Source: Felis catus
Lineage: Eukaryota
Length of the DNA: 64,000 nt
NCBI RefSeq assembly: GCF_018350175.1
Contig: NC_058369.1
Span: 14,882,001-14,946,000 of the forward strand
Reading direction: 5' to 3'
Part shown: piece after piece, positions 34,685-48,160 of the stretch
Layout of the letters: each line of letters starts with the position of its first letter
Numbering within the stretch: position 1 is the stretch's first letter
Program-made: the position numbers and the translations under genes
The notes under the pieces: model-generated
What the model was told of the DNA's origin: nothing
Seen by the model: the letters and a program-made list of their open reading frames with translations, nothing else
Database searches by the model: none

Positions 34685-37045
34685 GAGGCTGGCGGGGGGG
34701 AGGCTTCAATCCTGCCTGCCAGCTCATGCCCTCGGAGGGGCAGCCTCCTCCATTCTCCCTCTCCACCCCTTTCATCTCATTCCTTCGCCCTGTTTACCCT
34801 CTTAACTCTGTCTTCAATTCAGTTTGTTTCAATTCAGAAAGATATTCCTGGAGCAGCCACTATATGTCAGGAACTATGCAGGGGGCTCCCACACAAGGGA
34901 TGGAGAGGGCAATAGTGCGCGTGTGCTGCCCTGTCCGGGCCCTGCCATTACTTCTCTCCCAGCTCCCATCTGCTAAGACCAGTCTCATTTGCTCTCTTCT
35001 ATGAACCTGCAGGTCCCATTTCGTTTAGCATTGGAGCCTGGTATCTCATGAGTTTATGCTCAAATCAATATTTCTTGAGCGAACAGATAACAGAAACTGC
35101 ACAGACCCACCCCACAATGATCCTAACACGCAGGTTTCTAATGAACAGCCCAATGGAGAGGCAAACAGCACCACCCCAAAGCAAACAAAGCCCAGAAGTG
35201 AGATAAATAGGCTTTCTCGCGGCCAGGACATCTAAAGGGAGGGGCTCTGAGCAGGCCACGGAGCCAGGTGAAGTGTTCTGGCCAAAGGCAGGGGGAGTGG
35301 TGATGCAGCCCGGGGGAGCCGGATGTCCAGGGTGCTGTGCGTGAGTGTGCATACACTCAGAGTCCACCAGAGGCCAAAGAGCCCAGAGAGGCACTCAGGC
35401 AACAGGTGAGAGTTCCAGCTGGGTGGAAGGAGGTTTTCTGTTCCTCTTCCATGTTGTTTCTGAAGAAAGACTGAAAACAGTGATCATTTTGCAATTTTAA
35501 TTATAGTAATTGTGTTGTGGTTTTTTGGCCAAGGGTTCTGTAGCATTAAAAAGAGTTGGCTTGTCCACACGTAATCCAGGCCCGAAGTAATTATTCTTCC
35601 GCCTGGCAGAGGAGTGCGGCGAGGCCCAGAAAGGCAGAGGGACTAAGCCCTGGGGGTAAGGAAGTCCGAGGTGGATTCACAGAAGCAGAGGACTTCTGAG
35701 GCTCCCTAGAGCTAGAGATCCACGCGAGAAGGAAGATGCACTGGCCGAATGACCATCTGAGCTCTGTTGGGGGCAGTGTGGGGTAAATCTAAGGAAATCC
35801 TCTAGCCTTCCTTCTTAGACTTTCAGAAACAAAAAGCAAGAAATGACTGAAATTAGTGTTAATTCCCTGAAACAAAAACAAAAACACACGCCACTGCATC
35901 TGGTCCGGGGAACTGCCTCCAGATCCATCAATAACTCACGTGCTTCATTATCCCTGACCACAAGTGTGCCCTTCCACTCACGCCGACAGGCAGACACAAA
36001 TGTGGTTAGTGAAACGCAGCCCGGGGCCCTACAAGCCCCAGGGACTGGGGTGTGGCGTTGGCTTTGCGGGATGCCACTTACGACTCAGTTCCCGTGCTGC
36101 CCATCCACAGCGGAGCCACACCAAAGGGGTTTGAGAGGCTGATGCTAAGGCCAAGTTCACAGGCCCCATCTCCCCGTGGCCCATCTGCAGGCTGACCATC
36201 AGCAATGGGAAGAGTCCAGATCTAGTGCCTGGACTTAATCATCGTTTGTTGAAGGAGGAGCAAATCCTTATAAATTCATCACGTGCCCTAAGACAACTGA
36301 CCCAAAGCCCAGGCTTTATGCGCCAGGATCAAAGCCATGACATCCAAGTTCTGTGATGGATGCATCAGAGTCCCCAAACTCAACTGTTCTCAATCCAACA
36401 AGGGTCCCAGGGACGGCAGATCCTCTCAGACTGCCAACTTCACCGGCTTTCATGACATAAGATCCTATACTGAAGAGTCATGGATCAGCGGAGCTAGATC
36501 TAAAATCCTTAGAAGCATCTCGAAGTACTTTGTGAATTTTACTTTCCTAAGACACCACACCCACTCACGTTCTCACATCCACGCATGCAGTCACCCACAG
36601 CATAGAAGAAGGTTTTGGGACTGTACAGATTTAAAGCAGCATAAACAAACCCAACCATTATGGCTTGTATGAAATATCTGTCTGCAGTCTGGCTTCATCA
36701 GCTCCAATCAGGTGCAATTTTTTTCCCTTGACATAGAGAAAAGGATCATCCAAATACTCAAAAACACAAATTTTTTTTTTTTTTTTTTAAGGATTAAGCT
36801 TTCTGGATCCCTACAAGTGGGAACTATATAGTTGAAACTCAATTTCATCCCCTCTTGAGCAGATGTCATGAACATAGCAAGGTAGTAGAAACCCTTAACT
36901 AGAAGGCTTTTAGCTTAGGTCAAAATTTGTTTCAGGTGAATAGTTAACATGTTAATAAATCTAGTATTATGCTGAATTGCCGTTGGCGGGGGGGCTTGTC
37001 TTGTATCCTCTTGAACTTGCCCTAAATGTTGCACTCTCAACTGAA

Positions 37046-37274
37046 CTTTTTTTTTTTTAAATTTTTTTTTCAACGTTTATTTATTTTTGGGACAGAGAGA
37101 GAGACAGAGCATGAACGGGGGAGGGGGCAGAGAGAGGGAGACACAGAATCGGAAACAGGCTCCAGGCTCTGAGCCATCAGCCCAGAGCCTGACGCGGGGC
37201 TCGAACTCATGGACCGAGAGATCGTGACCTGGCTGAAGTCGGACGCTTAACCGACTGCGCCACCCAGGCGCCCC
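37046..37274 (-). mobile_element. CAN-SINE (young felid subfamily)
   Basis: Diagnostic gacctggctgaagtc and tttttgggacaga. TSD caactgaact. Confidence 0.95.
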
Positions 37275-37690
37275 ACCAACTGAACTAACTTTTACTGCAG
37301 TTAAATAACTCTGTCTACCCCTACAATCCCTTAAAAGGCCCCCTGGAAGAAAGTAGCATCTTTTCTGATATTTCTACCATTTTTCTCAATTCATCTTAAC
37401 GTTAAGAAATTCATCTTAACGGGTATATCGATAACCTTCCTGGTTTAAATTCCACTGTCTCAAGAATATGGTGTCTGCCTCTTTTAGAATTTCTCACATT
37501 TCAGAGTGATAGACTTAAAAGTGTTCAAAAGCCAGCCTTACAATTTCAAAGATGAATAAATGGTCTATATCCTAGAAGCTTTAGAAAGGAACCTGAAGCA
37601 AAGTAAAAGACGAATTAATCGGAGCTACAATTCTCTTAATTTGTGCTAGGATCTAAAAGGGTTGCAAATTTTACACCCATTTTTTATCAC

Positions 37691-38253
37691 TTATTTTTCC
37701 TTCGAAGATTTTATTTTTAAGTAAGCCCTAAACCCAGTGTGGGGCTCAAACTTACAAACCTGAGATAAAAAGTTGCAAGCTCTACCGACTGAGGCAGCCA
37801 GGAGTCCCAATTTTATGCCCATTTTTAGATGGTTCTCAGAAAAACAAAGAATGAGCCATGAGTCACTATGTTTGATATATTTCATTAAAAACAAAACCAA
37901 AAACAAAATGAGTCACTAAACTTTTTTTTCCCCAAAAGGTAAGGGTGTGGTTCAAAGGAAAGGTGCCTTATCATCTGTATCACAAGCTGCCAGCCAAGGA
38001 GGATGTCCAGGCAGGGAAAGCACCTGGCCTGTTCTAGGTCTACACGATTTCCTCCCTCCGTGGAGGGTCTGTCACGCTCTGCCCGCCTCTTGTCTTCTGA
38101 CATACTCAACCTTCAACAAAACACTTAAACAAAACAAAACAAAACGGTAAAACATCACACCCCAAGCCAAATCCTATTGACATTAAAGTTTACGGAGAAA
38201 ATCAGGTAGTGGTCAGTAAGCTAAATTTGCCTTCTTGCCTCATAACTGGCCTT

Positions 38254-38289
<36 letters not shown>

Positions 38290-38466
38290 TTCCTTCCTTC
38301 CTTTCTTTCTTATGATGAAAGGACAAGTAGGGGAGGTCCAAAGAGAGAGGGAGACAGAGGATCCAAGTGGGCTCTGTGTTCACAGCAGCGAGCCCGATGC
38401 GGGGCTTGAACTCACAAACCGTGAGATCATGACCTGAGCCGAAGTCCTGAGCCACCCAGGTACCCC
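37691..38466 (-). mobile_element. Two separate older CAN-SINEs (about 37691-37808 and 38255-38466)
   Basis: Diverged reverse-complement bodies. Confidence 0.75.
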
Positions 38467-38807
38467 TGGCCACACCTTCTTTTAAAACCCACTTGTGTGC
38501 ACACGCAGACTTCTAACAGTAGGCCTTCGTTTCAGAACAGAGTCTGGGATTTGGACAGCTCATGGGGGCTAACACTCCTTCCACTAGTTCACCACCTCGT
38601 GACTTTCTAGATCTATTAAAGAAACACATACTCGCATATAGGATGCCGTAACATAGGGCACAAACGTTGGGGATCAGTAGGAACTACACTCGTTTGGGTA
38701 ACACGTTCTACGTTCTCCTTTTCTAGGTATGCTTCGTGATATGTGATGACAATGTGGAAAATTCACGAGACTTTAAACAAGACCATGCTTAAGATTAACT
38801 GATTAAT

Positions 38808-39325
38808 GGGGCGCCTGGGTGGCGCAGTCGGTTAAGCGTCCGACTTCAGCCAGGTCACGATCTCGCGGTCCGGGAGTTCGAGCCCCGCGTCGGGCTCTGG
38901 GCCGATGGCTCGGAGTCTGGAGCCTGTTTCCGATTCTGTGTCTCCCTCTCTCTCTGCCCCTCCCCCGTTCATGCTCTGTCTCTCTCTGTCCCAAAAATAA
39001 ATAAATGTTGAAAAAAAAAATTAAAAAAAAAAAAAAAAGATTAACTGATTAAAAAATAAAAATCAGGGGCGCCTGGGTGGCTCAGTCAGTTAAGCGTCCG
39101 ACTTCAGCTCAGGTCATGATCTCGTGGTCCGTGAGTTCCAGCCCCGCGTCGGGCTCTGTGCTGGCAGCTCGGAGCCTGGAGCCTGCTTCGGATTCTGTGT
39201 CTTCCTCTCTCTCTGCCCCTCCCCTGCTTGTGTTCTCTGTCTCTCTCTCTCTCTCTCTCAAAAATAAATAAACATTAAAACAAATTTTTTAAATAAAATA
39301 ATAAAGTAAATAAATAAATAAATAA
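38808..39325 (+). mobile_element. Two tandem CAN-SINEs (38808-39038 young; 39066-39325)
   Basis: The first has TSD aagattaactgattaa at 38791-38806 and 39037-39052. Confidence 0.93.
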
Positions 39326-39632
39326 AAATCACTGTCTGGGCCAGAATTTTAGAGCTGGAAGGAACCTTAAAGACCATCTATTCGATTTTGGTCAAACTCC
39401 TTCTGTTCCATAGATGAGGAAATCGAAGCCCATTTGAGATTTTGTTGAAAATATAAGTTTTAGACAAAACATGCAGTGCTGTCTTCAGGCATGCACCAAC
39501 ATGAACTAAATGCCTATGATGAGGGAGGACATAGATAAACCATTTCATTAAAAATTTTTTTTTTAACACACAGCCTTTCAGAAAGAGACTGTAGGAATTA
39601 CCTGACCTCTTCCAAACTCTGGTTCAGCCTGT

Positions 39633-40080
39633 TTTTTGGGGCGTGGGTGAGAGGGAGAGAGAAAGAAAAAGAGAGAGAAAGAGAAAGAGAATCCCAAGCA
39701 GGCTCCACACTGTCAGCACAGAGCCCAAAACAGGGCTTGAACCCACGAATCGTGGGCCCAAATCAAGAGTTAGACGCTCAACTGACTAAGGCACCGAGGT
39801 GCTCCGTGGTCCAGCCCGCTCTATAGATAGGTAAAGAAATGAAGCTCTACGGGCACCTGGGTGGCTCAGTCGGTTGAGCGTCTGACTTCGGCTCAGGTCG
39901 TGATCTCACCGTTCGTGGGTTCGAGCCCCGCATCAGGCTCTGTGCTGACCACTTGCTCAGAGCCTGGAGCCTGCTTCAGATTCTGTCTCCTTCTCTCTCT
40001 GCCCTTCCCCCGCTCACGCTTTGTCTCGCTCTGTTTCTCAAAAATAAGTAAATGTAAAACAAAAATTAAAAAAAAAAAAG
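39633..40080. mobile_element. Head-to-head CAN-SINEs (- 39633-39805; + 39851-40080)
   Basis: Two bodies in opposite orientation. Confidence 0.85.
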
Positions 40081-40584
40081 AAATAAAGCCCCAGGAGTGA
40101 GTTCAACTTCCAAAAAAACATCTAGAGAGGGGGCTAACTTCCCCTCTCGGTCTAGTGGACGGCATCTACCACTGGCTTGTGCTGCCATCTCCCTGAAGGA
40201 ACTCCTTCCAGAAATCTGCAACTTAGCAGCAAACTCTTTCCAAAGGTAACAATGTATCACCAACCTAGCTACCTTCAACATGGTCGGAGTGTGTTACTCT
40301 CACTGAATGTGAACCCTTAGTAATCAGGTGCAGTGGTCTCATGTGGCCCTGAACTGCCTTCTGGCCTCTGTCCGGGTAGGCACGCTGAATGTAAGGGCGG
40401 GGTCCGGATTCTTCCTGGGTGTCTACTACCCTGCCCTGCCAGGCATCGGGCTGGGTGCTAGACATGTCTCATCCTGTTTGATCTGCACATCTACTCTATC
40501 TTGTTGATATAAACCCTGGCTTTCCCATCCCCCTTTGAGATGCGGAAACCGAGGCATGGAGAGATTTGCCTAAGTTCCTATTTC

Positions 40585-40628
40585 TTTTTTTTTTTTTTTT
40601 AGTTTTTTTTAAATGTTTATTTATTTTT

Positions 40629-40684
<56 letters not shown>

Positions 40685-41053
40685 GTGGGGGAGGGGCAGA
40701 GGGAGAGGGAGACACAGAATCTGAAGCAGGCTCCAGGCTCTGTGCTGACACAGAACCCCGATGAAGGAGCTCCAACCCACAAACTGTGAGATCAGGACCT
40801 GAGCCAAAGTCATGCTCAACCAACTGGGCAAGTTTTTTTTTTAATTTTTTTAAAATGTTTTTATTTATTTTTGAGACAGAGACAGAGCATGAGCAGGGGA
40901 GGGGCAGAGAGAGGGGGAGACACAGAATCCGAAGCGGGCTCCAGGCTCCGAGCTGTCAGCACAGAGCCTGACGCGGGGCTCGAACTCACGGACCGTGAGA
41001 TCTTGACCTGAGCCGAAGTCGGACGCTTAACCGACTGAGCCACCCAGGCGCCC
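40585..41053 (-). mobile_element. Two tandem/nested CAN-SINEs with long (GA)n
   Basis: Flanked by agttcctatttct on both sides. Confidence 0.92.
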
Positions 41054-42064
41054 TGCTGAGTTCCTATTTCTAAGAAGCAGGTGACAGCCTCCCAAGCCTG
41101 CTCTCATTCCAGAGCCTGCTGTTTATGCCTCACTACAACCATTCATTTTGCCCCATGACTAGAAAACCAAAGGGAGAGGTGTGCTGGGGCCTCCACCGTG
41201 ACCTTGGGGGACTTACTGTTTGGTGTCCTGCCCACACACGGTTATGAGGAGGTGGCGGTATCGGCTGGGCTACGTGTGGGGGCGTTCACAGGCCCCAGGC
41301 CTGAACTTAAGCATTCTGTCCTCTCAGGTGGGGCCCTGGCTGAGCACCGGCGAACATTTGGAAGGCTGATCCTGCCTTAACCTAGGAAGCAGGAAGGATG
41401 TGAAGCTTCAGCCAGGAGAGTCACCCTAAGATTGGGTCCCTCAAACCTGCTTCTGGTGGGGAATGCTTCTTGTGGGGCCAAGTTCCAGCACGCTGCTTTT
41501 TCGGGGAGAAAGCCCCCCCCCCCATGCTAGGCAGAGACCAACCAGCAAAGGGTCCCACCTGAGGGTGCTGAAAACGGCACCTGTCCCCACACTGTGCCAT
41601 GTGCGGACAAGCAGCCACTGTGACATCACCCAGGCAAGAGCTTGGCTTTTTGAAAGACTAAAAGCCAAAGCCCTTGGAGGGATCGGAGAAGAGCTATGAG
41701 ACAGAACGAGAAAACAGTCACTGCAATGGCACCGGGCCACAAGCAGGACAGCCATTTAGCTTTCAGATGTCTGATACCCCTTATCCCAGACATCAGTAAG
41801 TGTCATGCAAGAGCAGCGCCCCGGAGGAGCCCGGGACCAAGGAACAAGGCTGTCCAAGTCCGTAGCCCCTGCCTACCAAGGCAACAGGCTCTCTGGCACC
41901 TATTTGAGGGCTCTGGAGACAGATGGATGCTAGTGCTAAATGAATACTGGGCTTGGAGTCAGGATGCCAGAACTCTATTCCCACTCCTACAGCTTCCTAT
42001 CTCATGATCTCCGACAAGACAGTTGCCCTCCCTGGGCCTCAGTGTCTTCATCCATAACTATACA

Positions 42065-43038
42065 TTTTTTAATGTTTATTTTTGAGAGAGAGAGAGAATG
42101 AGTGGGGGAGGGCCAGAGAGAGAGGGAGACACAGAATCTGAAGCCGGCTCCAGGCTCCGAGCTGTTAGCACAGAGCCCGATGTGGGGCTCGAACCCACGA
42201 ACCATGAGATCATGACCTGAGTCGAAGTCAGATGCTTAAATAACTGAGCCACCCAGGAGCCCCAGTGTCGTCTTCTACAAAACAAGAGAGAAGACTGAGC
42301 TGATTGCTAAGATCCCTTTCAGGGTTGAGATTCTGATTCCTTTGTTCTCGTGAACAAATTCAGTATTTTCATTGTTAATTTCTTGGGTTTTATATTTCTA
42401 CCAAAAGCATCCCTTAACTTCCTTTCCTCGTTGTTTGTTAATATTCAAACAGAAATCCACCAATAACTGTTAGCAATCTTCCTGAGCGTGTTCAGTTTTT
42501 CAATCAAGTATGGCATGTAGGGGCACCTAGGTGGCTCAGTCGGTTGAGCGTCCGACTTTGGCTCGGGTCATGATCTCACAGCTCGTGAGTTCGAGCCCCG
42601 CGTCGGGCTCTGTGCTGATGGCTCAGAGCCTGGATCCTGCTTCGGATTCTGTGTCTCCCTCTCTCTCTGCCCCTCCCCTGCTCATGCTCGGTCTCTCTCT
42701 GTCTCAGAAATAAATAAAACATTAAAAAAAAATTTCTTTTTTTAAAGTATGGCATGTAATTACCATTTCCTTTTGTTAATTCACTTAATTTTTTTTTCAG
42801 AGTGGAAAAAGCACTATCAAAATGCATCCAAGTGGTAAAAGAGAGAAATCTTGTAACAGATTTTATTTTATTCTTTTTAGAGAGAGAATGTGCAAATTGG
42901 GGGCAGGGGGAGGGAGAATCTTAAGCAGGCTCCACACTCAGCTCAGAGCCTGATGTGGGGCTTGACCCCATGACCCTGGGATCATGACCTGAACCGAATT
43001 CAAGAATCGGATGCTTAACTGAGTCACCCAGGTGCCCC
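42065..43038. mobile_element. Three CAN-SINEs (- 42065-42263; + 42519-42733; - 42861-43038)
   Basis: The middle copy has TSD aagtatggcatgta. Confidence 0.88.
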
Positions 43039-44860
43039 AAAGAGAGAAACCTTAAAATCTAATGATCATTTTTCATTGTTTAAGTATATGTAAATCCATG
43101 ATCGGTTCTGAGCTTTATTTACTATCTGGTAAAGATACAAATTTTAGGGTAAAATGAGGCTTTGAGAGGTTAACTGACTTACTCAGAATCAGAAAAAATG
43201 ACGTGCAGCAAAGCCCAGATCACTGGAGTAGACACCCAGTAGTCTTTCCACTACAGATCATTAGTTTCCTCATCATCTGACCTTTCTAGATTGTCTGCTA
43301 TTTCTTGGTTTAGGAACACACACATAGCAAAGCCAATACTTACTGCAACAGAACCGTGGCCAGAACTGCCTTTGTCCCGCTAGGTTTATTTTTCTAAGGT
43401 GAGGTACCTATCCCACCCAAAGGCATTCCATCCCCACAGACCCTGACAAGGAGAAGTTCATGTCTCGGGTGGCCCAGAAAATTCAGGGTTCAAATGTCAA
43501 GTTTCTACATCCCTGGAAGGTTCTAGTTTGGAGGAGAGAAAAGATGGAGTTTTCTTGGTATTTCCCTGTATTTCTTGGAAGAATAACTGAACTAGGTGGG
43601 ACACGGAACTGGAGCCTTCTTACCTTCAGAGCTCACAGCCAGGAATAACCTAGCCGTTGTTTCTGGAAATCCGCTTTCAAAGAGGAAAGCAAAGGATGAA
43701 AACATGCAAAACCAGGAAGAAACTGGAGGCATGGCATTTGCTTCCTTTTTTTCCCCAACAGGTCAATGTCCAGACCTCACTCCACCATTTCTGTTTGGAT
43801 TCTGTGGCTATCAGCATGTGTAAGTGTGCTTAAGTATTTCCAGATTGGCTAATCAGAATATGGGACCCCTTTTTTTCCACACGTGCCCTAATGAAGGACT
43901 TAAGAAGCGCCCCGCTGCCCTCTCAAAATGAAACACACGTGAAGACCCTTCCTCTAATGAGAATAAGCGTCACCCATGTATTCCTATCAATTTTTCTACC
44001 AGTGGAATTACAAGTTGTAATTTCTAGAAGAGCAAGACCTGCTGGCCTGACTGACAGGTTATTTACATCGAGTGTGTTTTCAGACAAGGTACAGGCAGGA
44101 CAAATCAGAGGGTTTAAAGGAAACAGTTCTATAGGGAAACAGGGTCGCTCACTTTTGCTTTTCTGGGGTGCTGGGCTGATTGCGAAAATGCAAAGGTAAA
44201 GAAAAGCCTAGAACTTGGCTACCTCTCTTAAAGACTGGAAAGAAGATGTTCCCTGCTGGGCTTTGAAGAGCTCTCTGCAACTTTGACCCCACAGACTCAG
44301 CATTGCCCCAAGCTCTTCTGTAACTGGCTTTTATTGCTTTAATTAACCAAGGCTAGGTGGGACAGATTTACTCCACCTCTGTAATGTCATTGTTGCTTGC
44401 TAGTGGCTGGCGGCAGGCCTTTACCTCTCCCCCTTGATGCCTGGCCTGCACAATTAGCGCCTTATTATAGGTTGGCCTCACGTCTAATTACTACACGGGC
44501 TCAACTGAGCACTTTGTTTCATTGTCTTGTTCATGCGCTTGTTCAAGTGCCTGGGCTCCCCAGCTAGAGTAAACCCTAAACTCCTTTTAGGCAGGTGTGT
44601 TCAGTGTCTCATCTCTTCGGGCCCACAAGAACACTAGACACTCCCAGGCCTGCAAACAAACACTTCCTGTTTGAAGAGCTTCCGGATGTCTATTCTGGGA
44701 GGAAGGCACATGGTTAGAATCTGGGTCTCCATGCCTATCTCAATCCTCCGTCCCAGATCCATCATCCTTCTCTGTCGTTGAGGGCTCTCCTCAGCTACTC
44801 TGAGTTAAGCTGTACTTGGCCTGTATGTAACCTTTTCCTTTATCTAAAAGGATCGACTGA

Positions 44861-45063
44861 GGGGCGCCTGAGTGGCTCAGTGGGTTAAGCGGCCGACTTC
44901 TGCTCAGGTCACGAGCTCGCAGTTTGTGGGTTCGAGCCCTGTCTTGGGCCCCGTGCTACAGCCCAGAGCCTGGAGCCTGCTTTGGATTCTGTATCTCCCT
45001 CTCTCCCTGCCCCTCCCCCACTCTCGTTCTTTCTCTCACAATTAAAATAAACATTAAAAAAAT
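44861..45063 (+). mobile_element. CAN-SINE
   Basis: Head, linker and A tail. Confidence 0.9.
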
Positions 45064-45309
45064 AATAAGAGGGTTGACTGAAACAGACATCGGAGTGTCC
45101 CCCTCAGCACCACGTTCTATGCAGTTTTCTACATTTCCCTTAGAAAAAGGATTCAAGGGATGTGAACTTATGCTTGAAGAGCTCCTTTGTTTTTGGAATA
45201 AAAAGTACAGCTTCTAGGGCAGTTATCAATTCCATAACAAACACAGGCCTCCTTCACCAAATACTCCAGGAACACAGAGGGGAGCCTGGTGGGAAGACTG
45301 CATAAAGGG

Positions 45310-45538
45310 ATGCTTAGGAGTGTAAGGATGGGAGCTGGATTGCCTGGTCTCAAATCCTGGCCCTGCCACTTTCTAGTCATGTGACCTGTGACCTTGATCA
45401 AGACAATCGACCTCTCTGCCCCTCGGTTTCCCAATATGTAAAACTGGGATAATACTTGCCTCATAGGGCTCATGTGAGGATCGAATCGGTTAAGAACAGT
45501 GCCTGGCGTGTAACGGGCACTATGCAAGTTAGTGTTAA
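45310..45538 (+). mobile_element. MIR SINE
   Basis: tcaaatcctggccctgccact...tgtgaccttg...cctcggtttccc...tgtaaaactggg...aacagtgcctggc. Confidence 0.8.
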
Positions 45539-46070
45539 ATAAAATTAATAGAGTACAGAGATTCAGAATGGACAGACCAACAAAAGAGTACGCCCCCCAA
45601 GGAATCTGACAGTGATGGGAAAACATGTTGGTTTTACAGACTAAGGTGTTATCCTTGGCTTCTTCGTTTTCTGGCTAATGTGCATTCTTTGAATTGCTTC
45701 AATAAATCAAAAAAGAAGTCTGAGTTTGTGAGTTTTAAACATGTGTAATGCACTGTCACAACCAATGTGATAAAAAATGTTTTGGAAGCATTGGAATAGA
45801 ATGATTAGTGAAGGTGCCGTTGTTTCAGTAGAGAATTTAAAGTAAACATTCCACTGTTTACACCTTTCAGACCTAGTCAGCCTAAAATGTCAGACATCAT
45901 TCATAATATTAATATCATAATAATATTATTATGCCAACCCTTCTCCAGCAAGGAAACTTTAGCCAATTGTCAGGGGAGCGGTTCAAATATATGTTCTATA
46001 TTTTTAAAGACCTGTTGAAAGATTTCTATATAAAGATGATTCCATGGTATCCAACTCAGACTCTTCCTTC

Positions 46071-46281
46071 TTTTTAAAAAAAATTTTTTTTAATGTTTAT
46101 TTTTGAGAGAGAGAGAGACAGAGCCCAAGCGGGGGAGGGGCAGAGAGCGAGGGAGACACAGAATCTGAAGCAGGCTCCAGGCTCAGAGCTGTCAGCACAG
46201 AGCCCAATGCAGAGCTCCAACTCCCGAACCGCAAGACCATGACCTGAGTCTAAGTTGGCCACTTACCCGACTGAGCCCCCC
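46071..46281 (-). mobile_element. CAN-SINE
   Basis: Reverse-complement body. Confidence 0.9.
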
Positions 46282-47687
46282 TTCTGTCTTTTCTGATCTG
46301 TCCATTTGCTGCCACCTTTTAAACCTTCAATCCTCTTAGATATCCTAGCTACTAAAATTCCATGTCCAGGGTCTCTACTTTCTGAGCAATCTTCTAGAAT
46401 AAAATATCATTTCTAACATCAGCAGTCCCTTGTTACCTCATCAAAAAGATCCCCATGTGCCACAACAGGTGGGGCACCTGTGCTTTCATTCAGAAGAAAA
46501 CCCTTTCGGCTTCACCTCTCCCAGTTTCCCTGAAGGGCAAAGTCCAACCATGTGAGATGTCTTCCCTATAAGTGCACCTACGGAGAACTATGTAGAGACA
46601 TAAGAAAGAACTGATGTCCAGTCTACTAAGAAGTGATCATTTATTTTGGAACTCAGCAGTTTAGAACTTAAGAGTATGGGCAGGTCCTTCTTCCCTGTAC
46701 CCTCCTGTGACCCACCTCCCTAACCCCAGTGTGCTCATTGGTGCCACCATCATAGCTCTTAACCACGTCCTGTGGTTAGGTTGACCCAGAGCCTTTCCCT
46801 CTGCCTGGGGAGCTTCTCTGGGCAGAAGTTGTGTTTTATTTGTTTTGGTGTTCCAAGGTTGGCACAAAGCCCATCCATAGTAAGCTCTCAGTAATCTGTG
46901 AAACAGTACTGAAGCTACTATCTGAGAAATACATTCTTTAGATGATTAAGCTGTCAAGGGTTATTGTACTTTCGCTTTTGAGAACAGGGAGGCAGGCTCC
47001 TTAGAGGAGGGACATTTGGAAAAGTCATCAGATCCCCTTGCTTCAATCACTTTGGGTTAACTTTCCCCCATTTATCCACATAACCTTTTTAAAATCTGTA
47101 CAAACCCTATCTGCCTCACCTTAACGGGCTCCTTCAGTGACCCTATATTCACCTTGCAGGTATCCTTTCTGGATATCTAAGGCCCATACTTTTACTTTGC
47201 TACCGCCAGGTCTGGCTTTTTTTCGGCGGGGAGGGGGGGGGGGGTGGGCAACAGTCCACAGCTCCCAGCGATCACTCCCTTAGGCCGAGCTTCCAGCCAT
47301 CGCTGGAGATGGCTGGGCACTGTGTCCTTCGCCAGCGCCGGTTACCAAGACTCTGCCCCCTCCTCTGGGAGAATGCTCCAGCGACCACCCCGGACAAGGG
47401 GGATCCCGCAAGGTTCTGGGTGTGCGTCTGGTCAGCCCCAGAGAGCCGGCAGGGAGGTGGAATCCTTGGGGTGTAGGACGCCTCGGGACTAATGGGCACT
47501 CACTTCTGGCTCGGACCCTTCCCACCGAGAAGGAAGTAAAGAGGGCTTCATCGTCTCTTCTTTTCAACCATTCTAGGGACTAGGGAAACGCAGGAGGGAG
47601 GGCGGGGGGTGAGGGGAAGAGAGGAGGAGAGCAAGGAGACAGCCCCTCAGGACAATCACGACGTCCGCCTCCCCTCACTCGGGGTCG

Positions 47688-47765
47688 GTCTCTCTTCTCT
47701 CTCTCCCTCTCGCTCTCTCTCTCACACACACACACACGCACACGCACACACGCGCGCACGCACGA
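47688..47765. repeat. (CT)n followed by an alternating CA/CG tract
   Basis: Read directly. Lies in ZDHHC3 intron 1 inside the CpG island. Confidence 0.9.
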
Positions 47766-47904
47766 CCTGCTACTTCAACTCCAGCTCCCAGCAAACTGCG
47801 ACGCGCGCCTCTCCCACTGCAAGTCCTAAGCTCCCGCCCCGGCCCACGCCTCTGGCCTCACCCCAGCCTTTTTCACTCAACCCCAGTTCCCCCTCCCCAC
47901 TGAC

Positions 47905-48160
47905 CGTGAAGCCGGAGGCAGTTCCCCAGTCCCAGGCCCCCGGTGGGGCTCCCACCGCCGCCGCCGTCGCCTCCCCCTGCAGCCCCCGACCCGGGACCCG
48001 GCCTCGGGCTGCAGCGATGGCTCCCCGGCACGAGGCGCCGCGGCTTCCTGGACTCGTCCAGACACGGGGCGGCGCGCAGGAGAAGCCCATCGAGCTGCCG
48101 GCGGTGGCGGCAGCAGCGGTGGCTGCAGGAGCGGCCGCCGCGCCGGCTGATGACGCACAA
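47905..48160 (-). other. ZDHHC3: ZDHHC3 non-coding exon 1 (5' UTR); 5' end approximate
   Basis: Donor TTCACG|gtcagt followed by intronic G-runs inside the CpG island. The TSS is inferred. Confidence 0.75.
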
